Assembly (NCBI GenBank): GCA_046563655.1
Contig: CM102287.1
Coordinates: 5,828,001-5,892,000 of the forward strand
DNA: 64,000 bases
Source: Yuukianura sp. NJ FZ-2021
Lineage: Eukaryota
Direction: 5' to 3'
How positions within the stretch are numbered: the stretch's first letter is position 1; each line of letters opens with the position of its first letter. The notes under the pieces are model-generated. The model saw nothing but the letters and a program-made list of their open reading frames with translations. It searched no databases and had not been told where the DNA came from. This document shows positions 37,101-49,929 of the stretch, one piece after another. The position numbers and the translations under genes were made by a program.

Positions 37101-40100
37101 AAAGATGGTGGGAGCCCTTGGAGTAGTTGCAAACGCCGTTGGAACGAGTCGCAACCGACGTGATAGTAGAAACTCTCAAAATGAGGAGCCACCAACACGT
37201 CGTCCCACAATTTCAGAAATACTGGCCTCAAGACATGTACTGGCCGTGGGGGGAGGCGGCACTGGGAACAACTACCGGGACCGTGGCGGAACCGTGGATC
37301 CGCTCCTCCTCTCCCGTCAACCTTCAGAACCAGAGAAACTGACATTTAAGGAACAAGTCAAGTCATACGTTTCTCTGGCCCTGGGGATTCTAGCCAGTCT
37401 CTGCGTATTCGCTCTTTTGTTCCTCATTCCGCTAGTTGTAGAGCCTTCCATTTCAACGCTTCTAGCCGACTTTGATCCAGAACCAGCCACTTGCGTAGCT
37501 ATTAAATCCGAACTCCAAGTTGGACTCACAAGATGCGGCACTTTCAGCTCCTGTCGTGAAGGATGCACTACCACACCCTCACAGTGCTACCAAATTCGTG
37601 TCTCTTATAGAAAACCAAATACACTTCCGCCTACTAAACCCAATATAACATTACCTACCTCGGAATTGGGGGTAAGACTATGATTAATTCCTATTTTTAG
37701 TCAACCAAAGCACAAATTAAGTGGTTTAAATCAATTAATCGATTTTTACCAGGATGAATCACGATGGGATGAGTACGATACTGAACTTCTCATTAACGTC
37801 AAAGGATGTGGATACCCTCCACGCGTCAAGTGTGAAGAATTCGGAGTTGCCTTTGGGCAGGTAAGAAAGCATTACTTAAAAATGTGCTGCCAGCATAACT
37901 TAACCAAATCCTAACGTTTTCTGGAAAACGTTTAGCTAACGTTTGTACTTTTACAGGAAGGACGAACATTTAGTTGTTACTACAGTCGATCCAATCCTCG
38001 CCTGGTAGTGACAGACTACAACTGGGAAGAGACGGCCTTTCCCCTCCTACTGGCCCTTGGCCTCCCCACCATTCTATTCTCAATTTCCGTTGCCATTCTA
38101 TCTTCATGGTACTGTCCTAGTTGCGAAGAGAGAGGCAAAAACAAGCGTCCCTGCAGAAGTAGATACTCTGTTCCAAGACCAAAGCCCTCTGACCTCGTCG
38201 ATGACCCCGCTCAGCGCAGACGCAACAACAACCAGCCACAGAGGAACAAACCTACACCAGCAGAACCCATTCCAATTCACCCTCCAGAACCCGTGGCTCA
38301 TCAACCCCTACGAAGGAAACACTCCATCTACAATCCCAATTCACCGTCACTAGCCACAATTTCATCCGGAGACACGACTGTTTCCAGCATCAACTCCCTA
38401 GACGGGTAAGACTTTTTGGAAATTCAAATCCGAAATATGGTGACTGATTTTTGCCGCCCGATAGAACTTCGCACTTGAAGTTATTCTGATCTTGTCATGT
38501 GAATAGGAAATTTCCTAGTTGAATTCACAAAACAAAATTCAGTTCCCAAAAATTAGAAAATCTGGAAACTCAAACTAACTTTTTGTGACATTTCAGATGG
38601 CAGAGTCCGCCGTCTCCACCACCGCGATTCGACTCCAGAATGAATGCCTCGTCAAAGTCCAACCTGTCAACTCGGACACGCAAACTGTAACATGGACGTT
38701 ATGAGGTCATGAAAACAATAATTAAACCAATAAGCACAATTTATAGGGCAAGCAGCAACGAATTACGCAGAATTCACGTTCTTCCCCGTCGTTTCCTTTT
38801 TATGGAGATGAGCGTCACGCTCTCAAAACTTAAATTCTCAAAACTCTGTCCTTTAAAAAAACAAAATTTTAAAAACGTAACATCTCTGATATGCTGAATG
38901 AGTTTGATCTTAATTAATTGTGATATACTCATACTGGAAGGAAGAGAGTGTTTTGCTTTGTAAATAGATAGCAGCTACAACTAAAACGAGGCAACAACAG
39001 CCCAACCTATCATCATCACTCTTAGTTAATTACAATAACAATTTACCTGATGTTAAAAACCTTACTTTCACTTTACCTATTTAGAGAGAAACTTAATGAG
39101 TATCATTCTCAATGTCTACTGGCTTGGGCAGATGTGAATGAGCATAAAACGCAGCAAAAGCAAGCACACCAAATTATTGACTTAACTAATGTTGACAGTT
39201 TATGAAATTAATTAATGGAAAAATAAAAATGGGTTCACTACTTACCTTGGCTTCCTCTTGTTTTTGATGAGCAAAGAGCATGAGGGTTCGTTGATCTTCT
39301 TTGGAAAGGGCTGGTTCCCGTGCTGGAGCTCCGCTGCCTCTGGTCTGGATTTTGACAATTACTTTAGACTTTTCGTTTGATCCGATAAAATCTTTCAGTA
39401 GTTTTCCACGATGGAGCTCTTTCCCGCAAAACCAAAGTTCACCAGATCCAGGGGGAATGACCTACAAAATGGTTTGAAATTAACGTTTACGTTTGAACAC
39501 ATTCCAGACTTAAACTTGACAGCATACCGCAAGAGAATCCTGAGTTCCTGTCAAGTCTTCCTTATTTTCCAGTTCAAGACGAATAGGATCATGAGGAGGA
39601 AGATTCATCGGATACACGATCGTACATGCGCCGCGAAGAACGTTCATTTCCTCTTGAACCATCTTCAGTGTTAGACAAACGTTCTTGTCAACCAAATTCT
39701 GTTCAAAAATTTAAAAAAAATAGTATATAGTAATAAGTAAATAGAATTATTTTGGAATTTTATACGACTGCGTTACTAACGCAGTGCGTTAGTATCGTTG
39801 AAGTGAACTGACCTTAGATATTTCTCCCTTCACTTCTGAAATAGTGCGCGTAAGCATATCTCTCATCTTTTCGTTCGGTTGTCTTCCATTTCTACGGCCA
39901 ATGGGATCCCGGTTCATCGTGAATCCGCCGCTTGGAATGCAATTTTCGCCATGGGTGTCTACAAGTTTAAGTTCCTCTACTTGTTCATCAGTGAGACCCA
40001 ACATTTCGGGAGGAAGGAATGTTCCATATTTAGCCAATTCTTCCATTTCTGTTATCCAAACACACAAATTACATACATGTCAAATGAGTTTTAAATATTA

Positions 40101-40266
40101 AGTTGAATGAGAAAGCTCGTCACTGACCAGTACAAATTCGAAACACCTTGAGTCGTGCATTGTACACCTTGGTGAGCTCATCTATCAGTTCATCCGTCTT
40201 GATGTCCACGGTCGTTTCATACAGAAACTGACTCTCGTCGCCTTTCTTGACATGCAGACGTACCAT
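25186..40266 (-). CDS. CFAP298: Cilia- and flagella-associated protein 298 (C21orf59/CG18675 homolog); exons about 40266-40129, 40048-39813, 39699-39528, 39461-39246, 25299-25186
   Basis: MVRLHVKKGDESQFLY, EMEELAKYGTFLPPEMLGLTDEQVEELKL, DPIGRRNG, IVYPMNLPPHDPIR and GAPAREP. The distant last exon RLAEAEDDDECLNSKWAD...WRPK* joins in phase 0 across a 13.9-kb intron (39245-25300). Confidence 0.92.
28067..29680 (-). CDS. tipE: TipE, Para sodium channel auxiliary subunit (exons 29680-29014, 28941-28067)
   Basis: LFYTTAFFILL...FLFLVPFVIDPAFTTIF, SCREG|CTKDIYNCTQI and LYPNVKGCGYPPSLNC match TipE. The phase-1 intron is consistent. Confidence 0.9.
31730..33706. mobile_element. About 2-kb non-autonomous TIR element carrying a RING gene
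   Basis: TIR (A)GGGAGATCGGGAATA(T/C)CTGATTCTGA at both ends, with subterminal CTCTGA/TTCTGA hexamer repeats. Flanks are compatible with a TSD of AAT or TA. No transposase inside. Confidence 0.8.
32358..33388 (-). CDS. RING-H2 + coiled-coil + CCHC zinc-knuckle protein (exons 33388-33225, 33106-about 32806, about 32696-32358)
   Basis: Exon 1 (not in the ORF track) reads MDSKITICNICLENL...QCGHMYHEQCLSNW and splices in phase 2 to CPSCR. Then a coiled coil, CYLCESNSHTTRNC (CX2CX4HX4C) and a degenerate knuckle CWNYGRHNHHRADC. The second junction is uncertain. Confidence 0.75.
35495..36901 (+). CDS. TipE-family protein of the Teh3/Teh4 type, single coding exon, 468 aa
   Basis: RICFTVCICQMTAVLSCVSIVYLTVAIY, SCSEWCLSK, a Cys-rich EGF-like ectodomain, INYESCVNTL and a second TM helix. 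Confidence 0.9.
   Translation: MNTPFEKRICFTVCICQMTAVLSCVSIVYLTVAIYKPAYLTLTSGFLEEPVMCTTIAMETDKDCDTPRGPGDPIKWKGWNSCSEWCLSKSISTCPRIMVDVRYNGTGIRLEGCEAIDKKVCSGIDHEKPPLQCVGGGCSGIHGLFNCTTPVRTPGTSSDQSFGAKCIDLTTILECNITDAAEPVSCATKTGCLNLNGTYTCNIGQCSKLITPYHCQHKCDGIQTGNKTVIIREGDKIFSAQCQRIVNRSSEEEMWPLNHKTMDPQLHVEVPPTLLIFCTNLFVSPKDNTSYIGYDCFNGTLLEPNHFGNSTEIVKLTQTHIDLVDLGTSRDGIGLVGPTEEGLLIWNNTRLFINYESCVNTLILNECDKFYAEYGKDGSDYGSRARYQCFYSPDDNDFASLRFSRMRTMMELLLATTIPIGLAIVSCFTLVICSRIIHVGDDSHFYFQCCGDDTKKILEKDHVEAMAL
37105..38690 (+). CDS. Teh2: TipE homolog 2 (exons about 37105-37671, 37753-37860, 37957-38405, 38598-38690)
   Basis: LFLIPLVVEPSISTLLADFDPEPATC, SSCREGCTTT, LINVKGCGYPPRVKC and FSCYYS, with two TM helices. 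Confidence 0.8.
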
Positions 40267-41181
40267 CTCTCGGAAGTAATCTTATCTAGGGAAGTACAGA
40301 AAGTCATCAGTACTGATTATTTCCAAATCAATCAAAACGGAAAACTCAATAAAGACATGCAATTAATGTACAACCACAATGCATCGTTACAAGATATTAA
40401 ATTGATAGACCCGTTACCGATGATTATCCAAAATGAAGTCCTGATAAATTTCCGGATCCAACAAAATAGTACAGGCGACAGCAAACCAACGACACCACTA
40501 TCGCAAGCGACAGACAAAGAAAAGGAGAAAGAGAAAACGAAAACACATCAAACTTAAAATGGCGAAGATAAAACTTATATTTTGAATAAAAACTTTTGTT
40601 TACTTTTCCATTCTGATTGGCTTTTGCGGCTGATTTGGAATTGACAAAACAAAGGATAAGGCAAGTAAGCGCCGCAGCACTGTACACACGAACTGCCTTT
40701 TTTATAGTTTGTCGTAAGTTCAAATGAAGCAAAATGGCAACCAAAGTTGAACACTTTAACTTAGCTGGTATTTTCCTCATCGGTAGACTTCATTTTATAT
40801 TTTGTGTTTCTAGTGAGAACGATTTTTGATCGGAATGGAGTGCTGAAATTGGACGGTGGAGTTGAGGCGAGAATTGATTCGTACCCATAACCTAATGGCG
40901 CACATTTTGAACACGCCCCAGGACAATGAGTGGATTTCAGTTGGTTTTGGATTTTTCAAATTTTTGGGTTTTCATTTTCATAAAATTTCGGGTTTTCTCC
41001 GAATTTTGAATTTTGAAAATTGAATTTTGATTTTTGAACGATAAAGAGAGCGGAAGGACAAGAAGACGAAGGCGCTTTTTCCCCCATTTTAAATTCATTT
41101 ATCAACGGAGTTCTTTCCTGTTTCCTGACGTGGACTACGTAATCAGAAACTAAAATTCGTAAACCGATAACTTGGTTAAGG

Positions 41182-41992
41182 CATAGTTCGGCACTTTCGC
41201 GATCCCAAGCCAGCGATCCTGCGCTCCCCGATCTCCGATCTCAGATCGGGGATCGCTTCCAGTAAGATCGCGGGGAAGGCCCAAAGATCGGGGATCGCCT
41301 CCAGTAAGATCGCGAGGTAGGCCGAAAGAGCGGGGATCGCAGCCAGTAAGATCGCTAGGTAGACGCAAAGATCGGGGATCGCGGCCAGTAAGATCGCGAT
41401 CCAAATCCTTGTCCTTCTATATGATAATTTATAATTATTATGAATACAAATTCACCGGAAATGAGCAACACGGTGAAATTTTTTTTTACATAGTTTGTTA
41501 CGGGAGTCCTTCAGTTTTCTAAACTTAATTTTTTTTATTATTATTAAGTATTTATTAAGTATTAATTATTATTAAGTATTTATAAATACTTAATAACAAT
41601 AAATTAATTAACTCAAAATTCTTTTCATTACTTGCGTCTTTAATTAATGCTCAATTACATAAAAGTTAACTCGTCAATTTTTTTGGGATCGGGGAACGGA
41701 AAAAGATCGCTTGGGAGCGCTGTAAACCCCCCAAGGATCGGGATCGCGTCCAGTAAGATCGCGAGGTAGGTCCAAAGAGCGGGGATCGCGTCCAGTAAGA
41801 TCGCGAGGTAGGCCCAAAGAGCGGGGATCGCCGCCAGTAAGATCGCGAGGTAGGCCCAAAGAGCGGGGATCGCCGCCAGTAAGATCGCGAGGTAGGCCCA
41901 AAGAGCGGGGATCGCAGCCAGTAAGATCGCGGGGTAAAGGCAAAAGATCGGGGATCGGGTGTTTGGGAGCGCGCCAGAAGTGCCGAACTATG
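41182..41992. mobile_element. 811-bp non-autonomous TIR element (P-like or hAT-like) with 42-bp subterminal tandem arrays
   Basis: TIR CATAGTTCGGCACTT. Perfect 8-bp TSD GGTTAAGG (41174-41181 and 41993-42000). The 42-bp unit GGGGATCGCnnCCAGTAAGATCGCGAGGTAGGCCCAAAGAGC occurs about 4 times on the left and about 5 times on the right of an AT-rich core. Confidence 0.9.
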
Positions 41993-42269
41993 GGTTAAGG
42001 TAAGCCCACCGATGGAAGTACTTTGACTTTAGACTTTCATTAATAACAAACACTTATACCTACATTGCTTTCCATTTGATGGAACGAAACGAGGAGTGTT
42101 AACTGTAAACTGACTTTGCATGAGGGCTTGGTGTCTTCCGAGTTTCGAGGTTTCGAATGATATTAGAATCTAAAATTCTGAACATAATAGTAGTTGTTCT
42201 TCCGGGTAGAAATTGTGAGTCTAATTTGATTGACTTTTGTTGTTTTTTCGTTCAGTTTGAAACGTCAGA

Positions 42270-43018
42270 ATGGGAAAAGAAGACGAGGTTGATTACGAAG
42301 CGTCGCTTCGCCAGAAATTGGACATGGTTCCAAAGATGGATTTCGTAGAGAATGTGGATGCCTTCATGAAACTTCCGGAAAATGGTGAAAATGCTCAGAC
42401 GACGTTAAGACGAACAGAAGAACTGTATCACAAAATCAAATTTTTAGAATCCAATAATCTCAACACCAAGCGGAAGTGAGTGTCGCACAAAAAAGTGAAC
42501 CAAAAGTAATTGCTATGAGGCATAACAAAAATAAAATCTTTGACATACAGGTTGAAATCGCAGATCGAAGAATTATTGAAAGGACAAGCTATGCTAGAGG
42601 AATTGAAAAAGCGTAAATCTGAAAATGAAGATACATCGGTGAACTTCCGTATGGCAGATCACATTTTCGTCAAAGCCCGAGTTAAACCTATAGAAACAAT
42701 TGGTCTGTGGCTTGGTGTAAGTCATTTCATAAACAACGACTGAAGACATGTTAGTTTCTTTAGATTTTGAGAACAATGTAGAAAACTTTTCTTACTTTTT
42801 AGGCCAACGTTATGTTAGAATATGATATCACTGACGGGGAGGCCTTACTGAAAGAAAAAGCCGCGAAAGCAGAGGAAAGCCTAAAGATGACAAATTGTCT
42901 TTTGGACAGCATCAGGGAACAAATCACGACGATAGAAGTGAACATGGCTAGAATATACAACTGGGATGTCAAGCGTCGGCAGGCAGAAAAAGAAAAGGCG
43001 GGTCTCAAGGGAAAGTAA
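42270..43018 (+). CDS. VBP1: Prefoldin subunit 3 (exons 42270-42475, 42551-42716, 42803-43018)
   Basis: FVENVDAFM, IGLWLG|ANVMLEY and REQITTIEVNMARIYNWDVKRR are prefoldin 3 hallmarks. Confidence 0.92.
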
Positions 43019-43798
43019 CACTTCCTACATTTTAGCAAGTAACGGCAATTACTAATTCATAACCATTATGAATCTAAATTTTTCAAAGGCTTCCATTACT
43101 CTTATTAGCTTTTATAACAACATAAGCAATTTGCGCACCTAAACTACTCGTTTTCATTTTGAGGCTTAAAAATGCAATTCCAGGGAATAAATTCAATTAA
43201 CACATCCTTTTTTTTGAGATATTACAGGACAGGGATTAAACCTTTCTTATCTTACCGTATCTATTCAGAGCCCAAGCATACGTTAATCCATAAGTCATCA
43301 GAATATAGGGTCAATACGACGGTTTTTAGATTTCGTAGGCGTTGAATTTTAGTTCATACCTTACATTTGCAGTCCGTTAAAATCCGATGTTAAAATGCAA
43401 AATTATGCAAGTTTACAGGTAACTCTTATTAGGCAAGGAAATGCAAAGTTACTTTGAACCCTTTTACAACGTAACTAATATGATGTAGAATGCGGGGGTG
43501 GAACTCGGGTGAGGTGCATGCCCTATCCCTTATGTTTTATAGCTCGGCCTTGACGTTGTGTCGTAGAATTTTTGTCCTTCCAGTTTTAGTTTCTGTTGGT
43601 AGCTCCCGGAGTTGGGAAGCATCTAGGGTAACTCGGCAGTATTTTCGTTTTGCAAAAAGAAACTCTTTGAAAAGTCTTCTTCAGTGACTGGACAAAGGTA
43701 AAACTCATATTGTTTACACTAAGACTTAAGTACGTTCTTTAATTAATCATTTTTATTTGATTTTGATAGCTAAAGAGTCTTACCCTAAGACAAGGACG

Positions 43799-46333
43799 AT
43801 GCCGAGAAATGCGTTTATTCTGTACGTCGAACGACGACGAAGAGACTGCGAAACGAACACTGGGCAAAAGTTGTCGTTGGAAGAAGCAGTTAAACAATTC
43901 GGACCAGAATGGGCGGTATGAAACGTCAATGATATAAGATTAAGATATAAGATTATATCAATGATGTAAGATTTTTAGTACCTGAAGGAACTAGTGAAAG
44001 TACTTCTGTTTCACCGTGATGGTTTGATGTTGACAGGAAATGCGAGCGGAGCAACGGCAACCGTTTCAACGACAAGCTGCAAAGAATTCTGATTCTCCTA
44101 AGCCTCAACCGTCAGTTTCTCATGTTGTGACATCAAATCGATATTCCATTGTCGCCAGTAATCCAGCCACATTCGAAAACAGACCAACAGTTAAGGACTT
44201 GTCATCATTTATTGGAGAATCCGCCAAAACAGTTCAAGAAAAGTTCGAGAACTTTTTAGACCAAAATCCTCCACAAAGTTTGTAAGCTCAGCCTTGATTG
44301 TATTCATTTAATTGAACATTTTATCAAAACATGTTGAATATTTCTAGGCCAAATCCAATGCTTGGAGAAGATGACGACTACTTCCGAACGAGAAATTGGC
44401 ATAGATTTCAGATTCACCGCCTTTGTGATCCTACTTATGGAGAGCCCACACAACACCGTTTCGTTCTGATTGAAGCAAGTATCTACGGAAATAGTACCAA
44501 TGGTGTGACGTACATTCCAGCAGAAATTGCAATGGCAGTGTATTCGTTCGAGGAAGGACTCGTTGATAACTTCTGTGCTTTTGTTGATCCAGGTAAGGAG
44601 AAACATATTGACCTCTTTTATCTTTGGAAGCATAAAGTTACACATAGACTTCTGTATTTGCAGGGCATCCACCTCTGGGAACAGCTAATGTTTTCAAAGA
44701 CAATCGCCTGAAATATGGTCTTCCTGTTCCGCCATTTAACCTTGACTGTGCACATTATGCAGAGATTTGGGATGAGTTGGAAGAGTTTGTAAACTCTGTA
44801 AGTTCAGAACTGACAAAAAAGCTAATCTGTTCCATTCTTCATGTTAAAATTGAGTTTGAAGTTTGCCTAATTACCATTTTTAATCAACTTTCAGTATCCC
44901 ACGTATGGAACGGACTCCACATACCTATTTTGTCGCGAGTACGAAACTAAAAAAATTCGCGGTGTGCTGACATGGCTTGCTAGGAAAGCTGGTAACTTTT
45001 AGCAAAAATTCAAATCACTAAAATAATTACCAATCATTTGCAATTTCGTTGTAATTTTGCAACTCTTTTTTTTATCTTTTACTTCAGATAAAAAAGTTCC
45101 TTGGGATCTCCTACCTTATGGACAGTTCATGTACCAAATGTCAAAATTTGCTCAACACGAATACTTCAACTGGCTCAAGCGACAGCGAATTTTTGAGCAA
45201 ATCAGCCAGAATGATGCACCGTCAATCAGAAGTCGTCGAAGCCTGAGCCGAAGTGGATTTTCAAGCTGTGTCGAATCGGATACTGAGGGAAGCTCATCTC
45301 TGCATTATCCAAAATCATGTGACTCAACCACAGCCATTAGGTCTCCGACGCCTGCTGACTCAATTTTCTGGAGCGACAGCGAAGATGGCGGGAGTGATGA
45401 CGAAGATATGGCAAGCAATGTGTCTTCTGCAATGGGATTGAGTACATGCAGTATGCGTAGCAACATCAGCCTTTGTTCATGGACTGCCAAGGAATCTACA
45501 ATTACCGCACCAGATATCGACTGGTACAACGAGACACGAAACCAACCTGATTCTTGGACAGAACTTGGCGACTTTATTCCGAGATGGAGTACTGGCGGCA
45601 TAACGGCTTTCGTCGAACGCTTCCGTCAACTCTGCCCTTATGCAGAAACTCACACTGACGTTGATTCTACGTTTTCGATGCCCCCAGGTTCCAACAAGCC
45701 TACAGAAACCGATACTCCGCAAACTCTAACCGAAAATGGGTCGAATTTTCAAGAGTGGGATCTCTTTACCTTTGAGATGCAAGCTGACAGATTCTTTGAT
45801 TCGCTAGATTTGGCTTCCAATCCGGAACTGGGATGCCCACATCACATGATGGTATATCACTCACAGAAGAATTTAATTAGTAATTATAAAATAATTAACA
45901 ACTACGTCATTTTCTTTAACAGAATAACGACGATATGGCTCTGTTTCTCTGTCCGCTGAGCATCGTCAACCGAAATATTTTCAATACCTTGGACGTTCTC
46001 CTGGAACTATTTCACATTCGACCGGAAGAGGGGCGACATTATCCCTTCAGCGACGAGATGGCTGAACGTCACAAACGTCGTCGTCAGGTTCAGTACTACT
46101 GTACATGTAGTTTCCAGTATCTTCCAGGATTTAAACCTTCAGCATACATGACTCAAGCCGAATATGACCGAACAATGGAAATGACGAGTGGGGCTGGAAA
46201 CAGTCGTTACAGCAGTCGCTGTTCGTCCGCTATGGCAACTTGTAGCCTCTCTGACTACGAATCAGACGACACTGCTGTTACGCCTAACACTAATGTTACT
46301 GCTACTGTTGAGAGCGAACCACAAACACCATAA
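43799..46333 (+). CDS. mael: Maelstrom-like piRNA pathway protein (HMG box + MAEL domain), multi-exon
   Basis: N-terminal HMG box MPRNAFILYV...FGPEWA|EMRAEQRQPF. MAEL motifs YIPAEIAMAVYSFEEG, FVDPG|HPPLG, GCPHH and LCPLSIVNR. Confidence 0.8.
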
Positions 46334-47544
46334 TGTGAGTCTTATTTTTCACATAATTTGGAACAGCGCCGATTGCCAATTAATTTTTGTTTAGATTTTC
46401 TATCTCGTGTTACGTTTAAGAGTTTTAGGTATTAGTCGAAATCTTTCGAAATTATTTTTTTTACATTTCCGATTTTCCGGAGAACTTTGAAAATTCTTGG
46501 TTTAGTTTTGTGGACAAATTAATTAACGATTTTAGTCGAACGATGAATGATTTGATGTAGTAATTCAAGACGTTTCCGGCGCTAAGATAAATTGGATTGA
46601 TTATACGGGAAATCAAAGACTTTATTCCAACATTTAAAAAGAGCAAGAAAAATTCATCAAATCACCGTGATACTCACCGAGCATCAACAAATCGTCAGCA
46701 GTTTTGTTTATCATTACGACAAACAAACTGTCATTGCTGAGAATGCGAATGTTCTGTTTCGTAACAAGCGACATTTTTTCTTAATACGTTGAGTACTTGG
46801 CATTTAGACCACTACACAGTGGACGGTTTTTAAAAAAAGAGTTCAGGCGTTTTTTGAAACAAACTTTAATTACAACGTTTCCGTTGACAACTCATTTGGT
46901 TGAAAGAATGCAACACTGAACAATGTACCCGTTATATTTCTTTCAACATTTAGCAATTGGCTAACTTATCAAAAACAAAACAGTTTGAATTTAGAATATT
47001 TTTTGAAAGTATAGATTTGGCGAGTTGTGAAGTTATGACACCAAATCTCAACATATCATCAAGTTATGAATGCGAAATCACAAATTCGCAAATAATGATT
47101 ATTGCAACCAAGAAAATAAACAAGAATTTAGGAATACTTTGGATAAGCTTTGGGCCTTAACTAAGCATTATGCGCGGATTTGCACCTCAAAATATCAAAG
47201 ACCAAGTCATCCAGAACGCTAATCACCCTTCGGTTTGTCATTAGAGGGTGAGGGTTTTCGAGGACAAAAATCAATCGGTACGTCAATTTTTGGGTCAAAA
47301 TGACACTGATAAGTCAGTTTGTTTACAAAATTTATTTCTTTCCATGAGAACCAAAAAATAAATAAACCGACCATTGTGCACTACTGCGGTATGCCTTTTT
47401 GTTCAACGTTCTTTGAACGTTTTTAAAGAAAAGGTGGAAAACACAAAGGCCAGCACATCGTTCGAGTTTTCGTTTCCATTTAAACCTCAACGGTAGCACT
47501 TCGAAGCCACAGCGAATTTGAATTCCATAAGAGTTGCACTTAAA

Positions 47545-49370
47545 ATGGACGAGGAGACGCGTAGGAACAGCGATGGAAGTGACGCTTCAGATCCCTTAGG
47601 TGGAGACCCCTTTAGTCTATGGGATGATCTTGAGATTGAAGATACAAATCCGGACACTGAAGATGCGCTGTCGACTGACGAGGAAGAAGGAGACTTTGAT
47701 TACGAATTGGAGCTCAAACGGGTACGAACAACTTAATTTTATGAGTAAAATCCCAATTTTGTGTACTTGTTAATTACTAAACTGTATTTTAGCAAGAGCA
47801 AGCCTTGATGGAAAAATATGGAGTGCACATTGGAAGTGGAGAGTACGTCGGTGACCCCTTGACCCCACTTTTGATTGGCCAAGGACTGTCGAATATTGGA
47901 AGGCCAGTGGACACGGCACTGTTGTCCTACATGACATTTGAAGCCTCGTCAAAGTAAGAAAATTTCAATGTTCCATTAACAGTTACAAACCAATTGACTT
48001 ATAAAATATAATTATTGTTGTTTATTCATACATAGAAACCTTTGCGACATCAATGAGCTGGCGACGTATACTAACTTAACGACAGTCATTCTCTGTGACA
48101 ACAGACTCCGATCTCTGGAGCCGCTCAAGCGGATGAAGAAGCTCAAAGTGCTCAATGTGCAGGGCAACTTGATTGAATCGCTGGACTCTATTCCACTTCA
48201 TAAATTCAAATGGCTTCAAGTAAAAATTTTGGTTCCATCGCATGTCTCAAAGTACATATTTTCAAAATTTAGGTTCATCTTTTCGTTGAATGTTGTAGGC
48301 GCTGAATGTGGCTCACAATCACTTGCAGTCAATGGACGGCATTTATCCCAACACGCTTGTCTACCTCCATCTTGCAAGTAAAGTTCTGGAACTTATAAAC
48401 TACTTTCCAATATTTTTTGAAGTTGGTTGACATCTTTTCAATTCCACTGGAATTTCTAGACAACGAGCTCGATTCAGTTGACTATTTCACGTCTGACATC
48501 TTCCCGAATCTGCTTTCTCTAGAACTGCGCGGAAACAAATTAAGATCAATCCAGGGAATTGAACTACCCAAACTGCGTCAAATCTTTCTCGTATTTCAAA
48601 ATAAAAGTTTCAAATTTTCATTGTTTTCTACAATTTTATTTGGTTTTACAATTTTTAAAACTGGAATCAAATTTCAGGCTCAAAATCTTCTGCGAGACTT
48701 GAGTGGAATCAACGGTTGTCCTTCCCTACAAACGTTACATGCTCGAGACAACCAAATCAGGGACATCACAATCTGGCCATCACTGGACAAGCTGGAGTAT
48801 CTAAACCTACGGTAACAATAATTAGTTTTCCAAGCTTTCTTAATTTTTGAATTTTTAGAACAAGAATTTTTGTTTGATTTTGCAACAGGGCCAACCGAAT
48901 CCGCAGATTTACGCAAATCCTCCATTTAGAAAATTGTCCAAACTTGAAGACCCTGGTATATCATTCATTTTAAGTTCGTTCATTTGAAATTTTGTCAAAA
49001 CAAGTCGTTTTTATAGATTTTGAGTCAAAATCCGATCAGTGAGAGTGCGCGCTACAAGTAAGTCAAAGATCACATATGGATTACAAATGTACTTGGCAGT
49101 ATCTTGCTATAAAATATTCGTTTTTAACTCAGGGATGAAGTACTAACTGTCTGCACGTCTCTGAAGCGATTTGACAGAATCCTACTCTCGGAATTGGAAA
49201 TTGTAGAAGGACGACTGCGTAAAACCAAGCGACAACACGGAACGCTTCCTTCACTGGAAGATGATCCAGCGATCACGCAATATGAAAGCGAAGAAGAAGG
49301 CGAAGGTGAATATAGTGGTGAATCTCCAGAATGGAGTCCAATGCCTGAGTCAGCCTCAACTGAAGACTAA
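47545..49370 (+). CDS. LRRC23: Leucine-rich repeat-containing protein 23-like (ciliary/flagellar), multi-exon
   Basis: Acidic N-terminus, then LRRs including LELRGNKL...GIELPKLRQIFL|AQNLL...LQTLHARDNQI...LEYLNLR. Confidence 0.78.
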
Positions 49371-49929
49371 AAACTACTTTGAAAACTTTGAAAACATAAG
49401 CAATATTTTGAAAAACGAGGAAAAAGTTTGAAAATAATTTCCATTTTTGTAAAATTCCAACAAAAAACAGACATATTTTTAGTCTAATTTCCAAATACTG
49501 GCTGAACATGGCGATGATTTTGTGATGAATTTATTTCCAGTCGTGTGAAACGGGATTGCATTGTATTGCATTGATTGATTATTTTTACATGTAACAAATA
49601 CTAATAATACACAAAAAACTGTACACTGATTTTTTTTTTCAAAAAACAATTTCAAAAAATATGTAAGCAAAATATTTAAATAAGTTTTGGTCATACGACG
49701 CACAGGTCAAGGTCAACATCGGGGTATTAGGTTACATTAAAATTCATTGCATTGTAACCGCCTTTGAATTTCAACGTCTTTGCTCAATTAAATTGACTAG
49801 TGTTGGATTAAAAAAATAGGGCGTGGGAATTGGTAAATATCACATTTGAACTTTCAGAGAGTCGCTCCAAGATGCCCTGCAGCATTGGAGATATACATGA
49901 TGTACATGAGGTCGCGAGGTCAGAGGTCA

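Noticed and set aside
36901..37105. Bicistronic Teh3/4-Teh2 transcript (gap of about 200 bp)
   Set aside because: Cannot be shown from sequence. A TATA-like TATAAA at about 37039 suggests Teh2 may have its own promoter.
41150..41943. DLTGxDPRSLGLPR repeat ORFs, and a CRISPR-like look to the arrays
   Set aside because: These are contiguous 42-bp tandem units with no unique spacers, inside a TIR/TSD element in a eukaryote, with no cas genes.
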